This document shows positions 9,296 to 19,912 of a stretch of DNA of 64,000 bases, piece after piece. The notes beneath the pieces were generated by a model that made no database searches, was not told the DNA's origin, and was given only the letters and a program-made list of their open reading frames with translations. The DNA comes from Candidatus Poribacteria bacterium (lineage in GTDB: Bacteria > Poribacteria > WGA-4E > WGA-3G). The stretch spans positions 4,192,001 to 4,256,000 of the forward strand of contig OZ251518.1 in assembly GCA_965242965.1 (NCBI GenBank). The letters run 5' to 3'. Position 1 is the first letter of the stretch; every line of letters begins with the position of its first letter. The position numbers and the translations under genes were made by a program.

Positions 9296-9933
9296 ACTAT
9301 CTCCTTTTACAAAAATTAACGCAAAAAGGAGACGGAGGGTTTCATATTAGCATCTTAGAAAAAATACGCATCTCAATCTGCCTGTGCTGCTGCATCGCAA
9401 TGTCCCAGAATGCGGCGGCAGAAAATGTGTTGTCGCGCTGGGATAAAGCAATTTTTGACAGCATCTACGACGCGCCGCCGCGTCGCGAACCGATGTGGAC
9501 ATTAATGGAAGGCATAACTGAATTCGGACACTATCGCGCGGTGATGGGAGTCTCCATGCTGCTCATGGCTTACGGCAATGACTCGCATCGGGAGACAGGG
9601 CGGTTGCTGACCTCGGCGTTCTTGGTAACAGGCACGATGACTTACGGCATGAAACGCCTGGTCGGACGAAAGCGGCCGCTCGATGAGACATTGGGGAATC
9701 CCGCTTTTCCATCGGGACATACGTCACTGGCGTTCACTTCCGCCACCGTTTTAGGGTATCGGTATCCGCGTTGGCGCGTGCCGCTTTACGTCGGCGCGGG
9801 CCTCGTCGGATTTTCGCGCATCTATCTTGGGCGGCACTACGCATCAGATGTGATAGTCGGCGCGGCGTTAGGCACCGCGGTGGGAGTGCTTGTGCAACAC
9901 AACGCACCGATGCTGTTAAGGTGGGAATTTTAA
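9280..9933 (+). CDS. PAP2-family membrane phosphatase
   Basis: K.LVGRKRP, FPSGH and SRIYLGRHYASD motifs; true start probably downstream (e.g. ATG ~9400). Confidence 0.85.
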   Translation: MHVFSYYLLLQKLTQKGDGGFHISILEKIRISICLCCCIAMSQNAAAENVLSRWDKAIFDSIYDAPPRREPMWTLMEGITEFGHYRAVMGVSMLLMAYGNDSHRETGRLLTSAFLVTGTMTYGMKRLVGRKRPLDETLGNPAFPSGHTSLAFTSATVLGYRYPRWRVPLYVGAGLVGFSRIYLGRHYASDVIVGAALGTAVGVLVQHNAPMLLRWEF

Positions 9934-9934
9934 C

Positions 9935-10210
9935 GAGGGTATTTCATAACTCGCTCAACGTCGCGGGGGACAGGTCCCCGCGATACGATAAAAAACGCCC
10001 CCTTCACCGTAGGGCGAGGGCCTGTCCCTCGCCATGCGTTTTGGTGTCAGACCTCCTCACCCCTGTAGGTCAGGATCACCTGATCCTGACCTGTTTGTGA
10101 TCAGGCGATCACAAACTACAGAGGGGAAACACACATCGTGGCGATGGAGATCGCGGGGGACAGGCCCCCGCGCTACGGAAAAAAAACGGTTCTTGAGCCA
10201 TCGCGGGGGA
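9935..10210. repeat. One-ended MITE remnant / REP cluster
   Basis: Starts GAGGGTATTTCATAA; no closing TIR seen. Confidence 0.65.
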
Positions 10211-10237
10211 GGCAGGCAGAATAAAAGGAGATTTGAA

Positions 10238-12019
10238 ATGGTAACCGCAATACGTCCTAAAGACGATTTTGTCAAAGAACGTGAGAATTCAGGACGCACC
10301 CGACAACTCTATTTTGGCGACAATCTCGGTATCTTACGCCAGATGCCATCGAATTATGTCGCCCTAGGTTGCACCGATCCGCCGTTCAACAGCGGACGCA
10401 ACTATAACATCGTTCTCGGCGCAATGGCGCAAGAAACGGCTTTCAAGGATACTTGGAAGTATGATGACGCGGCAATGGATACCCGCGCGGAAATCGCAGC
10501 GTATGCTAGAGATGATACGCTCGACGCAGACTATCAGAATGCTTATGTCAACGCCGATAACTACCTGAAAGGTTTTGACATGGTTTACGGCGAACCTACG
10601 CGTGGCTCAGACGCTAAACTACGCGCGTATCTTACCTTCATGGCACCCCGTATCGTTGAGATTCGACGGGTGCTGAAGGACGACGGTAGTTTCTACCTAC
10701 ATTGCGATGACGCTGCTAGTCCTTATCTCAGAGGACTCTGTGATGCGGTTTTCGGGCGTAAGCAGTTTCGCAATGAGATTGTTTGGAAGCGTCATAATGC
10801 ACATAGTGATGGCAAACAATATGGACGTATTCATGACATTATTTTGCTTTATACGAAGAGCAGTAAATGGATATGGAATCCTGTCTATACCCCTTATGAA
10901 GATGGGTATCTCGAAAGAGTTTATCGGCGTGAAGACGAAAGAGGTCGTTATACTCTTGGAGATTTAACAGCGTCAGGTATCACTCAAAGTGGTGAGTCTG
11001 GAAAAGCATGGCGCGGCGTGAATCCGAGCGATGTCGGCAATCACTGGCGAGCCTACCGCCGAAAAGCATGGCCCGAAGATGTGATGCCGCCCGATAATTA
11101 CGAATCAATGTCCGTTCACGAAAAACTGGACGCGTTAGATGCCGCTGGATTAGTTCATTGGAGCCGTAACGGGAAACCGAGTTTTAAGAGGTATCTGTCA
11201 ACAGCAAAAGGCGTTGCTGTCCAAGATATAATTTCGGATATCAAAGCATTGAAGAGGCCTAAATATCCCACCGAGAAGCCTCGTGAGTTATACGAGCGGT
11301 TTATCAAGACTTCATCAAACGAAGGCGACATCGTCCTAGATCCGTTTGGCGGTGGCGGGACAACGATTGACGCTGCGGAGACATTAAAGCGCGGTTGGAT
11401 TGGCATCGATTTGACGGTGCTGTCATTAGAGCCTATCCAAAAGCGTATGTCCGAGCGTCATCATCTTAACGCATTCACTGATTATCCCGTCAAGGGTTAT
11501 CCCGTGAATATGGAGGAAGTCCGAGCGATGCTGGCGCGGGGAGAGAACTCGCAGCGATATAAGGACTTTGAGCAGTGGGCGGTGACGCGTCTCGGCTTGA
11601 AACCTACGAGATATGTCGGCGATGGCGGCATTGATGGTATCGGCACGCGTCTGGCATGGAATGCTGATAAACTGAAGGAAACGGAACTGAAATCCGTTGC
11701 CGAAGTCAAATCGGGACAGATTAGCGTTAGTGTCGTGCGTGCTTTCCGAACGTCACTGCGCGATGCTGAAGCCACGATTGGTATCCTGATTGGTATCACT
11801 CCTATTTCTGCGGGTGTCAAGCAAGAGCTGCAGAAAGAAGGCACTTATACGCATAACGGGCAAGAGTATCCCCGCCTGCAATACTGGCAGATTACGGACA
11901 GATACTTCGAGAATCCCGCATCCATCGCTTTGGATTTGAAACTGGCATGGAAACCTGAGCCCATCAATCAATTTAAAGCGCATTTTGCGGATACACAGCA
12001 GGATTTTCTTGACAAATAA
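10238..12019 (+). CDS. Site-specific N6A/N4C DNA methyltransferase (beta-type motif order) fused to an Mrr-like PD-(D/E)xK domain
   Basis: LYFGDNL, DPPFNS, YPTEKP, LDPFGGGGTT; C-terminal FEQWAV..GDGGIDG..AEVKSG; AAGGAG RBS before ATG 10238. Confidence 0.85.
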   Translation: MVTAIRPKDDFVKERENSGRTRQLYFGDNLGILRQMPSNYVALGCTDPPFNSGRNYNIVLGAMAQETAFKDTWKYDDAAMDTRAEIAAYARDDTLDADYQNAYVNADNYLKGFDMVYGEPTRGSDAKLRAYLTFMAPRIVEIRRVLKDDGSFYLHCDDAASPYLRGLCDAVFGRKQFRNEIVWKRHNAHSDGKQYGRIHDIILLYTKSSKWIWNPVYTPYEDGYLERVYRREDERGRYTLGDLTASGITQSGESGKAWRGVNPSDVGNHWRAYRRKAWPEDVMPPDNYESMSVHEKLDALDAAGLVHWSRNGKPSFKRYLSTAKGVAVQDIISDIKALKRPKYPTEKPRELYERFIKTSSNEGDIVLDPFGGGGTTIDAAETLKRGWIGIDLTVLSLEPIQKRMSERHHLNAFTDYPVKGYPVNMEEVRAMLARGENSQRYKDFEQWAVTRLGLKPTRYVGDGGIDGIGTRLAWNADKLKETELKSVAEVKSGQISVSVVRAFRTSLRDAEATIGILIGITPISAGVKQELQKEGTYTHNGQEYPRLQYWQITDRYFENPASIALDLKLAWKPEPINQFKAHFADTQQDFLDK

Positions 12020-12022
12020 ACC

Positions 12023-12585
12023 GAGGGTGTTTCACATATTAATGCCTTCCCGGTGGGAGAGACCTCCTGGTCTCGATGTCTCTCCTACCGACAGGCATCG
12101 GGCCCAACTCTGTAGTTCGGGAGCGCCTGCTCCCGAACGGGTCAGGAGCAGGTGCTCCTGAACTACAGGAGTGATGCAGTCTGCGGGCCAAACGCATGGC
12201 GAGGGAAACCCGCTCGCATGCGCGTGTGGCATGCGAGGGCCCAAGCCCTACGATGAAGGGCAGGCGTTTTTCATCGTAGCGCGGGGCCCTGTCCCCCGCG
12301 AGCTCCATCGTCAAGAGTCGCGTTTTAGGTCCGTTAGGACCTACATGTCTATAGAAAAACGTGTCGTCCCGTTTTCAAGGGCCTTTAGGTCCTTAATAAA
12401 AACACGCGCGGCCCTGGCAAAACACATTAAGGACCTAAAGGACCTTAGGATTCTTAGCGGGCACGCGTGCTATAGACATTAAGGTCCTACGGACCTAAGA
12501 GAACCAGAGACGTTTTTTTCGTAGCGGGAACGATGGCGAGGGACAGGCCCTCGCCCTACGATGAAGGGGCGGCGTTTTTTCATTC
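12023..12585. repeat. One-ended MITE remnant / REP cluster
   Basis: Starts GAGGGTGTTTCACA; several REP families and AGGTCC/GGACCT modules. Confidence 0.7.
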
Positions 12586-12607
12586 CACGGGCAGCGTGCT
12601 GTTTCCA

Positions 12608-12967
12608 TTACGCCACGTTCTCCATGCGCGCGGCATCGGTTTCAGGCGTAGGCATCGCCTCGGTTAAGGGTTCAATCGTCAGCCGACAGCCGAGTGCCTT
12701 GAGGAGCACGGCGAACCTGTCTAGCGGCGGTGCCGCGTCGCCGGCAAGCAGCTGTGCAAGCGTCTCCGGTTCCAACTGCGTCTGCTTTGCGAGTTCAGCA
12801 ATCCCACCTTGTGATTGGACAACGGTGTCAACTGCGTTTAGCACAGCGGCAACATTCCCAAAGCGTTCATATTCTTCCATTACTGCGTGGAGAAAGCCGC
12901 TTGCTTCCTCCTTGTCATTAGCAAACCTCTCAATGAGGTATGCGTCCCAGTCTCCCATTTTCCTCAT
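12608..12967 (-). CDS. HTH antitoxin (addiction module antidote, HigA-like)
   Basis: QGGIAELAKQTQL...L.ALG..L; overlaps the toxin stop codon by 4 nt. Confidence 0.8.
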   Translation of the reverse strand: MRKMGDWDAYLIERFANDKEEASGFLHAVMEEYERFGNVAAVLNAVDTVVQSQGGIAELAKQTQLEPETLAQLLAGDAAPPLDRFAVLLKALGCRLTIEPLTEAMPTPETDAARMENVA

Positions 12968-13302
12968 CGTTGTGACTCCTTATAGTCCCGCCAATAAGTT
13001 TTGGCACGTTGAATGTCCCGATGCTGCGAGGACTTGTCACCGCCGGAGAGCAAAAGGACAATGGTGTTTCCGACTTGCCCGAAATAGATACGATAGCCGG
13101 CCCCGAAGTCCAAGCGCAGTTCAGATACACCACTTCCCACCGATTCACAATCACCGAAATTGCCGGCTTTGACTGAGTTCAGTCGTGCCACAATTCGCTC
13201 TCGCGTTGTCTTGTCTCGGATTCCCTCAAACCATTCGTTGAAAGGAGCTCGGCCGGTTGCAGTCCGGTAGTATTGCAGTTCTCGTGGATGTGCTTCGCGC
13301 AT
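12964..13302 (-). CDS. RelE/ParE-family toxin (addiction module killer, HigB-like)
   Basis: GNFGDCESVGSGVSELRLDFGAGYRIYF, LLSGGDKSSQ..DI..AK.YW. Confidence 0.9.
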   Translation of the reverse strand: MREAHPRELQYYRTATGRAPFNEWFEGIRDKTTRERIVARLNSVKAGNFGDCESVGSGVSELRLDFGAGYRIYFGQVGNTIVLLLSGGDKSSQHRDIQRAKTYWRDYKESQR

Positions 13303-13317
13303 GGTTACTCATTCGCC

Positions 13318-14301
13318 TTAAATTTCATAACGGACTAACTTGCGCGCCGCTTCTACAATTTGGGCTGTCCCCGGAATAACAAAGTTCTCCATGACAGGCG
13401 CGAACGGCACCGGCACCGGCGCAGCGGCTACACGCTCAATCGGGGCATCAAGATAGTCAAACGCTTCCCGGACGACAAGGGCGGCAATCTCCGCACCGAA
13501 CCCCGCTCTCCCAACCGCCTCGTGCGCGATGAGGAGCCGATTCGTCTTCTTGACTGAATTGAAAATCGTCTCTTTGTCAAGAGGCATCAACGTCCTCGGA
13601 TCGACGACTTCAGCAGAGATGCCTTCGTCGGCGAGCTCGTCTGCGGCAGTCAATGCCTGGAGCACCATCCGGGAAGTAGCAAGGATAGTAATATCATCCC
13701 CCGCGCGCTTCACCTCGGCGACACCCAACGGAATCGTATACTCCTCTTCCGGGATGTCTCCCTCTTCCGTATAGAGGAGTTTATGCTCAATAAACATAAT
13801 CGGATTGTCGTCACGGATTGCTGTTTTCAACAACCCTTTTGCATCGTAGGGGGTTGCTGGCATCACCACGAGGAGCCCGGGGATGTGCACAAACCATGCC
13901 TCCAAACTCTGTGCATGTTGCGCCGCCGAGGAGCGTCCGGCACCGCCTTGCGTCCGAATCACCAGCGGCACATCAAGCTGTCCACCTACCATATACCGAA
14001 TCTTCGCTACCTGATTAACAATCTGATCCATGCCGACGGCAGTGAAGTCAATATACATCAACTCGGCGACAGGACGCATGCCGGTAACGGCGGCACCGAG
14101 TGCAGTGCCGATAATAGCGGCTTCGGAGATAGGCGTGTTGCGCACGCGCTCCTTGCCAAATTGCTGGAAGAGGCCATCTGTCACCTTATAGGCACCCCCG
14201 TATTCGGCGATGTCCTCTCCCATCAGAAAAACTGCTGCGTCGCGATGCATCTCCTCAACGAGTGCCTCTTTGAGGGCATCGCGATAGGTAATTGTCTTCA
14301 T
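13318..14301 (-). CDS. 2-oxoacid/acetoin dehydrogenase E1 beta subunit
   Basis: GEDIAEYGG, NTPISEAAI, GMRPVAE, AAQHAQ, PYDAKGLL, DYLDAPI. Confidence 0.92.
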   Translation of the reverse strand: MKTITYRDALKEALVEEMHRDAAVFLMGEDIAEYGGAYKVTDGLFQQFGKERVRNTPISEAAIIGTALGAAVTGMRPVAELMYIDFTAVGMDQIVNQVAKIRYMVGGQLDVPLVIRTQGGAGRSSAAQHAQSLEAWFVHIPGLLVVMPATPYDAKGLLKTAIRDDNPIMFIEHKLLYTEEGDIPEEEYTIPLGVAEVKRAGDDITILATSRMVLQALTAADELADEGISAEVVDPRTLMPLDKETIFNSVKKTNRLLIAHEAVGRAGFGAEIAALVVREAFDYLDAPIERVAAAPVPVPFAPVMENFVIPGTAQIVEAARKLVRYEI

Positions 14302-14391
14302 TTTTTAGTCTCTGCTTCCTTGTGGGCCGCGTCAGTTCAACGTGGCGGCCCCTAGCGATATTTCCATCCCAGTCTTTTCCAATTTTCCTAT

Positions 14392-14841
14392 GAGGGTGTT
14401 TCATAAATCGCTCAATGTCGCGGTGACAGGTCCCGCGCTACGGTAAAAAAAACGCCTTCCCCTCACGTAGTGCGAGGGACAGGCCCTCGCCATGCTGCGA
14501 TCGCGGGTTGGCAGAAGCAGCCGAAGTCCAGGTCTCCATCTATAGCCTGTCCCTCGCCATGCTGCGATCGCGGGGGACAGGCCCCCGCGCTACGGTAAAA
14601 AACGCCGTCCCTTCATCGTAGGGCGAGGGCCCTCGCAGGGTTCCACACGCGCATCCGAGCGGGTTTCCCTCGCCATGCGCTTTGCTGGCAGACCGCATCA
14701 CCTCTGTAGGTCAAGATCGCCTGATCTTGACCCGTTCGGGAGCGGGCGCTCCCGAACTACAGAGGTGGGCCCGATGCCTGCCGGGATTCGCTCGCCCTCC
14801 AAGGCGTGATAAATACCGAAACGGAGTTATGAAACACCCCC
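14392..14841. mobile_element. MITE-like element with REP modules
   Basis: GAGGGTGTTTCATA ... TATGAAACACCCCC; flanks AATTTTCCTAT / AATTTTCCGAT (11 bp, 1 mismatch). Confidence 0.78.
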
Positions 14842-14956
14842 AATTTTCCGATAGGTTGCCAGATTGAAGTCCCGCACCGAGTGCTTTTCAGGCGTTTCTT
14901 TCATATCGTTAGAGTGTATCACAAAAGGTCTTTTCTTTCAAAAAATGCGCAACTGA

Positions 14957-16306
14957 TTACGAAATCAACCCCTCCATTTGCATCCACTCGATCGTCTGCG
15001 CGAAGGCTTGCACCGTTTTTGCGATGTCCTCTTCAGTATGCGCGGCGGTAGTCATCCCACCGTTACTGGCGAGATCGATGCCGTTGAGCAACATCCCGCA
15101 TCGGAGCGGTGTGAGCAATCGCTCATCGTTGCCGCCTTTCAGTTTCCGGTAATCCCACTCGTAGGCGTTAAATTCCACCGCACGGATATCCTTCTCACCG
15201 TGCCCGATGAGCAGCTTGATGCCAGAGAATTCGCCGTAAACCGCCCAATCTAAGTCGTGCGCGTCAATAAGTTGGTTCAATTCCTTACGAAGCTGTTTGG
15301 CAATGCGGTTCGCCTGCTGATGCGGCTTTCCTGTCTTGACGATGTTGAGCATCGCGATGCCCGCGGATGCAGAGAGCGGATTCGCGTTAAAGGTGCCAGG
15401 GTGCGGCATCTTCAAGCCGCGTTTCTCCGACTGCCTTGAGATGAGTTCCAGAATCTCCGCTTTTCCGACAAGCGCGCCGCCGGGCAGTCCTCCCGCTAAA
15501 ATTTTCGCGAGCGTTGTCATATCCGGTGTGACATCGTAATAGGTTTGCGCTCCGCCCGGTGCAACGCGAAACCCCGTGATAACCTCATCAAAAATGAGTA
15601 GGACACCGTGCGCTTGCGTGAGCTCCCGCAGTTGCCTCAAAAATACCCCATCGGTTGGCACGATACCGAAAGACGCACCGGTAGGTTCAAGGATAACGCA
15701 GGCGATGTCAGCATCCGATTTCAATAGGTTTTCCACTGCACCGATGTCGTTCGGTGGACAGAGGAGGGTGGTATCCCGCACCTCTTGCGGAATGCCCGGC
15801 ACCGGCACATCAAACGGCGGGTATGCGCCCAAGATGAGGCTGTCGTGCCAGCCGTGAAAATGCCCGGTGAACTTTAACACCTTGTTCTTGCCTGTGTAGG
15901 TGCGCGCGAGACGCATCGCCATCAGCGTCGCCTCAGTCCCAGAACTGACAAACCGAATCCGTTCCGCCGATGGGACAAGTTCGTTTACGAGGCGTGCCCA
16001 TTCCAATTCAAGTGGGTGGCACGCGCCGTAGTGAGTGCCGCGATGCATCTGCGCCGTTACGGCTTCGACAACCGCAGGCGGATTGTGTCCGAGGAGCAAC
16101 GCGCCGTGGCCCGCCCAGTAATCGATAAATTCTTGTCCCTCAATCCCCCACTTCTTCGCGCCATCCGCGTGCGAAATGTAGACAGGGAAGGGTGCCATAT
16201 ACCGGCCGTCGTGCGTTACGCCATCGGGAAATAGTTGCGTCGCCGCGCGCGCGAGTGCTCTATCTTTTGCGAAGGTTTTTTGATACCGCTCCAAAATCGT
16301 TTTCAT
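14957..16306 (-). CDS. Class III PLP aminotransferase (glutamate-1-semialdehyde aminomutase-like)
   Basis: SSGTEAT, FTGHFHG, LIFDEVITGFR, AKILAGGLP, GTFNANP. Confidence 0.88.
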   Translation of the reverse strand: MKTILERYQKTFAKDRALARAATQLFPDGVTHDGRYMAPFPVYISHADGAKKWGIEGQEFIDYWAGHGALLLGHNPPAVVEAVTAQMHRGTHYGACHPLELEWARLVNELVPSAERIRFVSSGTEATLMAMRLARTYTGKNKVLKFTGHFHGWHDSLILGAYPPFDVPVPGIPQEVRDTTLLCPPNDIGAVENLLKSDADIACVILEPTGASFGIVPTDGVFLRQLRELTQAHGVLLIFDEVITGFRVAPGGAQTYYDVTPDMTTLAKILAGGLPGGALVGKAEILELISRQSEKRGLKMPHPGTFNANPLSASAGIAMLNIVKTGKPHQQANRIAKQLRKELNQLIDAHDLDWAVYGEFSGIKLLIGHGEKDIRAVEFNAYEWDYRKLKGGNDERLLTPLRCGMLLNGIDLASNGGMTTAAHTEEDIAKTVQAFAQTIEWMQMEGLIS

Positions 16307-16420
16307 GGTTTTTCCCCGAAGTAGCGAACAGTTTGAATTAGGATATTCCCACAAAAAGACAGAAATGTCAATTGTCAATCAAAACGTGAGAGGACGCGAC
16401 GGATGCCGCGTCCCTCAAAA

Positions 16421-17212
16421 CTAACGCGCTGTTTTCAGCCGTCCCCAGGTTGTCGTTAGTTTACCGCGCGCCTCCACGGCGAGGAAGCCATCAACGCCAT
16501 CGTTCATGATAGTGTTTACCTCTTCCTCCGTTAACCCGCGCTTCCAAATGTTCAAATCATCCATGAGGCCGGTGAACGGCCGGTTATTGTCAATGTTATA
16601 GCCGACGCGTGCCCCTGCATCCCAGTCGGGCGCGATGGGTGTGCCAACCCGTGCCTTCTCTTCACCAACGTTCTTCCCATTGATGTAAAGCACAGCCATG
16701 CCTTCGGCACGGCTGAACGTGCCGGCGTAATGCACCCATTCGTTCGCCTCATTCTTGCCAGCGCGGATGTCAAAGATAGTCGTGCCACCGGGACTCCGAT
16801 TGAGCCAGCGATAATTGCCATCGCCGCGCGCCTCCGGATGCACCAGCCACGTGTTGTCCCCGGCGCGAGCGTTGAAGAGTGCCATGTCGGAGACTGCCTC
16901 AACGTTAATCCACGCGACGACGCTCATTCCTTCCGTCGGAATATCGTCCGGATTAATGTTCGGGCCGTCCAAATCTAGGAAGCTGCCAGCGACGAAATGC
17001 GCGGCTTTCCCGAACTTCCCATCGTCCGACTGCGTAACCTTCCCGTTAATCACGCCATCATACCCGCGCCCAGATTTTTCAACGACAGCATCGCCGCTGA
17101 AGTCCTCGTAGTCAAAGTATAAAACCAGGTCTGGTTCCCGCACATCGGCGGATACACCGCTGCCTTGGTATGCCAAAAGTAGGCACGTCAAAAACATCAT
17201 GTAGGTTTTCAT
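16421..17212 (-). CDS. Secreted LamG-like domain protein with KLTTTWG tail
   Basis: Signal peptide, LYFDYE, WVHYAGTF, GLMDDLNIWKRGLT, AVEARGKLTTTWGRLK. Confidence 0.85.
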   Translation of the reverse strand: MKTYMMFLTCLLLAYQGSGVSADVREPDLVLYFDYEDFSGDAVVEKSGRGYDGVINGKVTQSDDGKFGKAAHFVAGSFLDLDGPNINPDDIPTEGMSVVAWINVEAVSDMALFNARAGDNTWLVHPEARGDGNYRWLNRSPGGTTIFDIRAGKNEANEWVHYAGTFSRAEGMAVLYINGKNVGEEKARVGTPIAPDWDAGARVGYNIDNNRPFTGLMDDLNIWKRGLTEEEVNTIMNDGVDGFLAVEARGKLTTTWGRLKTAR

Positions 17213-17343
17213 TTTCCGAATCTCCTTTTTTCGCAATATTACTCTGATAAGAGCCATTTACAACATTTTAACATTTTTCTCTCCGCTGATGCAAGAAATA
17301 AATTCCTTGATTTTAACCCCCGTTTTTTGGTAAATTAAAATAT

Positions 17344-19170
17344 ATGAACATTTCACCCATAGATTGGGCAATTCTCATCGGTTATATCGCGTTCGCGCTA
17401 GGGCTCGGCATCTACTTCTCCAAGCGTGCCGGACAGAATATGGACGAATTCTTCATTTCCGGACGTAATCTGCCGTGGTGGCTCGCCGGCACCTCTATGG
17501 TAGCAACAACGTTCGCGGCAGATACGCCGCTCGCTGTCACCGGGCTCGTTGTCAACGAAGGCATCGCCGGCAACTGGCTGTGGTGGAACGCTGTGTTAGG
17601 CGGCATGCTAGCGACGTTCCTCTTCTCCCGGCTCTGGCGGCGCGCCGAAATTATCACGGATGTTGAACTGACAGAGCTCCGCTATTCAGGGCCCTCCGCA
17701 AGTTTTTTGCGCGGTTTCCGTGCGCTCTACATCGGCTTACCGATTAACTGCATTACGATGGGCTGGGTAATCCTCGCGATGCAGAAGATTGTCGTTCTCA
17801 CCTTCGGGCTGCCGGAGACAGTGAGTTGGGAAATCACGGTGCTGCAGGAGCCCTTCGGCTTAACTATCAGCACAAAGGTGCTGGTTGTCATGGGGTGCCT
17901 GCTCATCGCCGGCATTTACTGCGCGCTCTCCGGGTTCTGGGGGGTTGTCATGACAGACCTGGTTCAATTCGGCATGGCGATGGTGGGTTCCCTCGCATTG
18001 GCAGGCATCGCTATCAATAAAGTTGGCGGCATCGACACTCTCAAGGAGAAACTGCGCGAGATTTACGGCGCAGAGCATACCGTGTTAAATTTTACTCCCG
18101 ACTTCGGCGCGGGCGAAATGGCAATCGTCACCTTCGGTGTCTACCTCGGTGTGCAGTGGTGGGCATCTAATGGGGTTGATGGCAGCGGCTACATCGCACA
18201 GCGGATGTTCGCAACGAAGGATGAACGGCACACGCTTCTCGCGACGTTGTGGTTCAACATTGCGCACTACACACTCCGTCCGTGGCCGTGGATTCTCGTC
18301 GCGCTCGTGGCGATGGTAGTCTACCCCGGCATCGGGGACTTGCAGCACGCCGACCCGGGCTTACGCGACGCAGAGGCAGGTTACCCGATGCTGATGCTCA
18401 GTTATTTGCCGACAGGATTGCTCGGGCTAATGTTAACGGCGTTTTTGGCGGCGTTCATGTCAACCATTGACACGCATCTCAACTGGGGCGCGTCCTATCT
18501 CGTCAACGATTTCTACAAACGCTTTTTCAAGCCGCAAGCCGCCGCGAGTCACTATGTCGCCGCCTCGCGCGTCGCCGTAGTCTGTATCATGATAATTGCC
18601 GGTGGCGCGAGTCTCCTAATGGATTCTATCGCAGGCGCGTGGAAATTCCTCATCGCGCTCAATTCCGGGATTGGGCTCGTGCAGATTCTGCGTTGGTATT
18701 GGTGGCGTATTAACGCCTGGTCAGAAATTTCAGCGATGATTGCGGCGTTAATCGCCTCCATTGTAGTCTTCACCGTGCCACAAACGAAAGACGCATTCGC
18801 GCTCCAGATGCTCATCATCGTGCCATTTTCCACGGTGGTATGGATAGTCGTCACGTTCTTAACTTCACCGGTATCACCCGCAACGCTGACAGCATTTTAC
18901 CATCGCGTGCGCCCCAGTGTGAGGGGATGGAGTCCTGTTATTGCGGCAATAGGAGAGGGCGTGGAAACCCCAGAGAAACGTGGCGCGCCTGCCTTGCTCG
19001 CTTGGGTTATCGGTGCCGCTTTCATCTATGCGATGCTGTTCGGCATCGGCAAACTCCTGCTAGGATTTACCGGCATTGGAATCGCTTTTATGGTTATCGC
19101 CGCTCTATCAGGAATTCTTCTTCTAAACTTTTTAGGTAGGAGTATTGATGACACCCGCAAATCGCAGTGA
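17344..19170 (+). CDS. Sodium:solute symporter (SSS family)
   Basis: FFISGRNLPWWLAGTSMVATTFAADTPL, AAFMST; many TM helices. Confidence 0.9.
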   Translation: MNISPIDWAILIGYIAFALGLGIYFSKRAGQNMDEFFISGRNLPWWLAGTSMVATTFAADTPLAVTGLVVNEGIAGNWLWWNAVLGGMLATFLFSRLWRRAEIITDVELTELRYSGPSASFLRGFRALYIGLPINCITMGWVILAMQKIVVLTFGLPETVSWEITVLQEPFGLTISTKVLVVMGCLLIAGIYCALSGFWGVVMTDLVQFGMAMVGSLALAGIAINKVGGIDTLKEKLREIYGAEHTVLNFTPDFGAGEMAIVTFGVYLGVQWWASNGVDGSGYIAQRMFATKDERHTLLATLWFNIAHYTLRPWPWILVALVAMVVYPGIGDLQHADPGLRDAEAGYPMLMLSYLPTGLLGLMLTAFLAAFMSTIDTHLNWGASYLVNDFYKRFFKPQAAASHYVAASRVAVVCIMIIAGGASLLMDSIAGAWKFLIALNSGIGLVQILRWYWWRINAWSEISAMIAALIASIVVFTVPQTKDAFALQMLIIVPFSTVVWIVVTFLTSPVSPATLTAFYHRVRPSVRGWSPVIAAIGEGVETPEKRGAPALLAWVIGAAFIYAMLFGIGKLLLGFTGIGIAFMVIAALSGILLLNFLGRSIDDTRKSQ

Positions 19171-19912
19171 GAGGAACCTATCTATTGTCGGCATTATTCC
19201 TGCGCGCTATGCCTCCAGCCGATTTGAGGGGAAGCCGTTGGCGGACATCTTCGGGAAACCGATGGTGCAGCACGTTTACGAACGCGCCTGCTGCGCCGAA
19301 ACGCTTGACGAAGTCATCGTCGCTACCGATGATAGGCGCATCTACGATGCCGTCATCGGATTCGACGGAAATGTTCAGATGACTGGCGAGTGCGCCACCG
19401 GCACCGAACGCGTCGCGCGCGTAGCAGCAGGGCTAACGTGCGACATCGTCGTCAATATCCAAGGCGACGAACCGTTGCTTGAACCCGCACAACTCGATCT
19501 GATGATACGTCCCTTCATGGCACAAGACGTGCAAGTCGCCACGCTCAAACAACGCATTGAGAACGTGGCGGACTATCGGGACGTGAACGTCGTGAAAGTT
19601 GTCACAAATTTGCGAGGCGATGCGTTATATTTCTCGCGGGCACCAATGCCGGGTAGAATCGATGAAACGGCACTGCAAGCCTCTCCTGTCTATCGGCACG
19701 TCGGCTTATATGCCTACCGCCGCGAGCGGCTCCTCGCCTTCACAAAGTGGGATAGCACGCCTTATGAAAAGGCGGAAGGGTTAGAGCAGCTGCGCTTTTT
19801 GGAGCACGGCGTGCCTATCCACGTCGTTGAAACCGATACACCCCTTATTGGTGTCGATGTGCCTGCGGACTTAGCCCGCGTGAAGCGAATTCTTTCCGCA
19901 ACTGCATCGTAG
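19145..19912 (+). CDS. kdsB: 3-deoxy-manno-octulosonate cytidylyltransferase
   Basis: IIPARYASSRFEGKPL, VNIQGDEP, ALYFSR, HVGLYAY, LEQLRFLE. Confidence 0.93.
   Translation: MMTPANRSERNLSIVGIIPARYASSRFEGKPLADIFGKPMVQHVYERACCAETLDEVIVATDDRRIYDAVIGFDGNVQMTGECATGTERVARVAAGLTCDIVVNIQGDEPLLEPAQLDLMIRPFMAQDVQVATLKQRIENVADYRDVNVVKVVTNLRGDALYFSRAPMPGRIDETALQASPVYRHVGLYAYRRERLLAFTKWDSTPYEKAEGLEQLRFLEHGVPIHVVETDTPLIGVDVPADLARVKRILSATAS

Noticed and set aside
14302-14905. Small ORF (MKETPEKHSVRDFNL...) apparently interrupted by the MITE
   Set aside because: The reconstructed frame is short, resembles nothing I recognise and overlaps the E1-beta start
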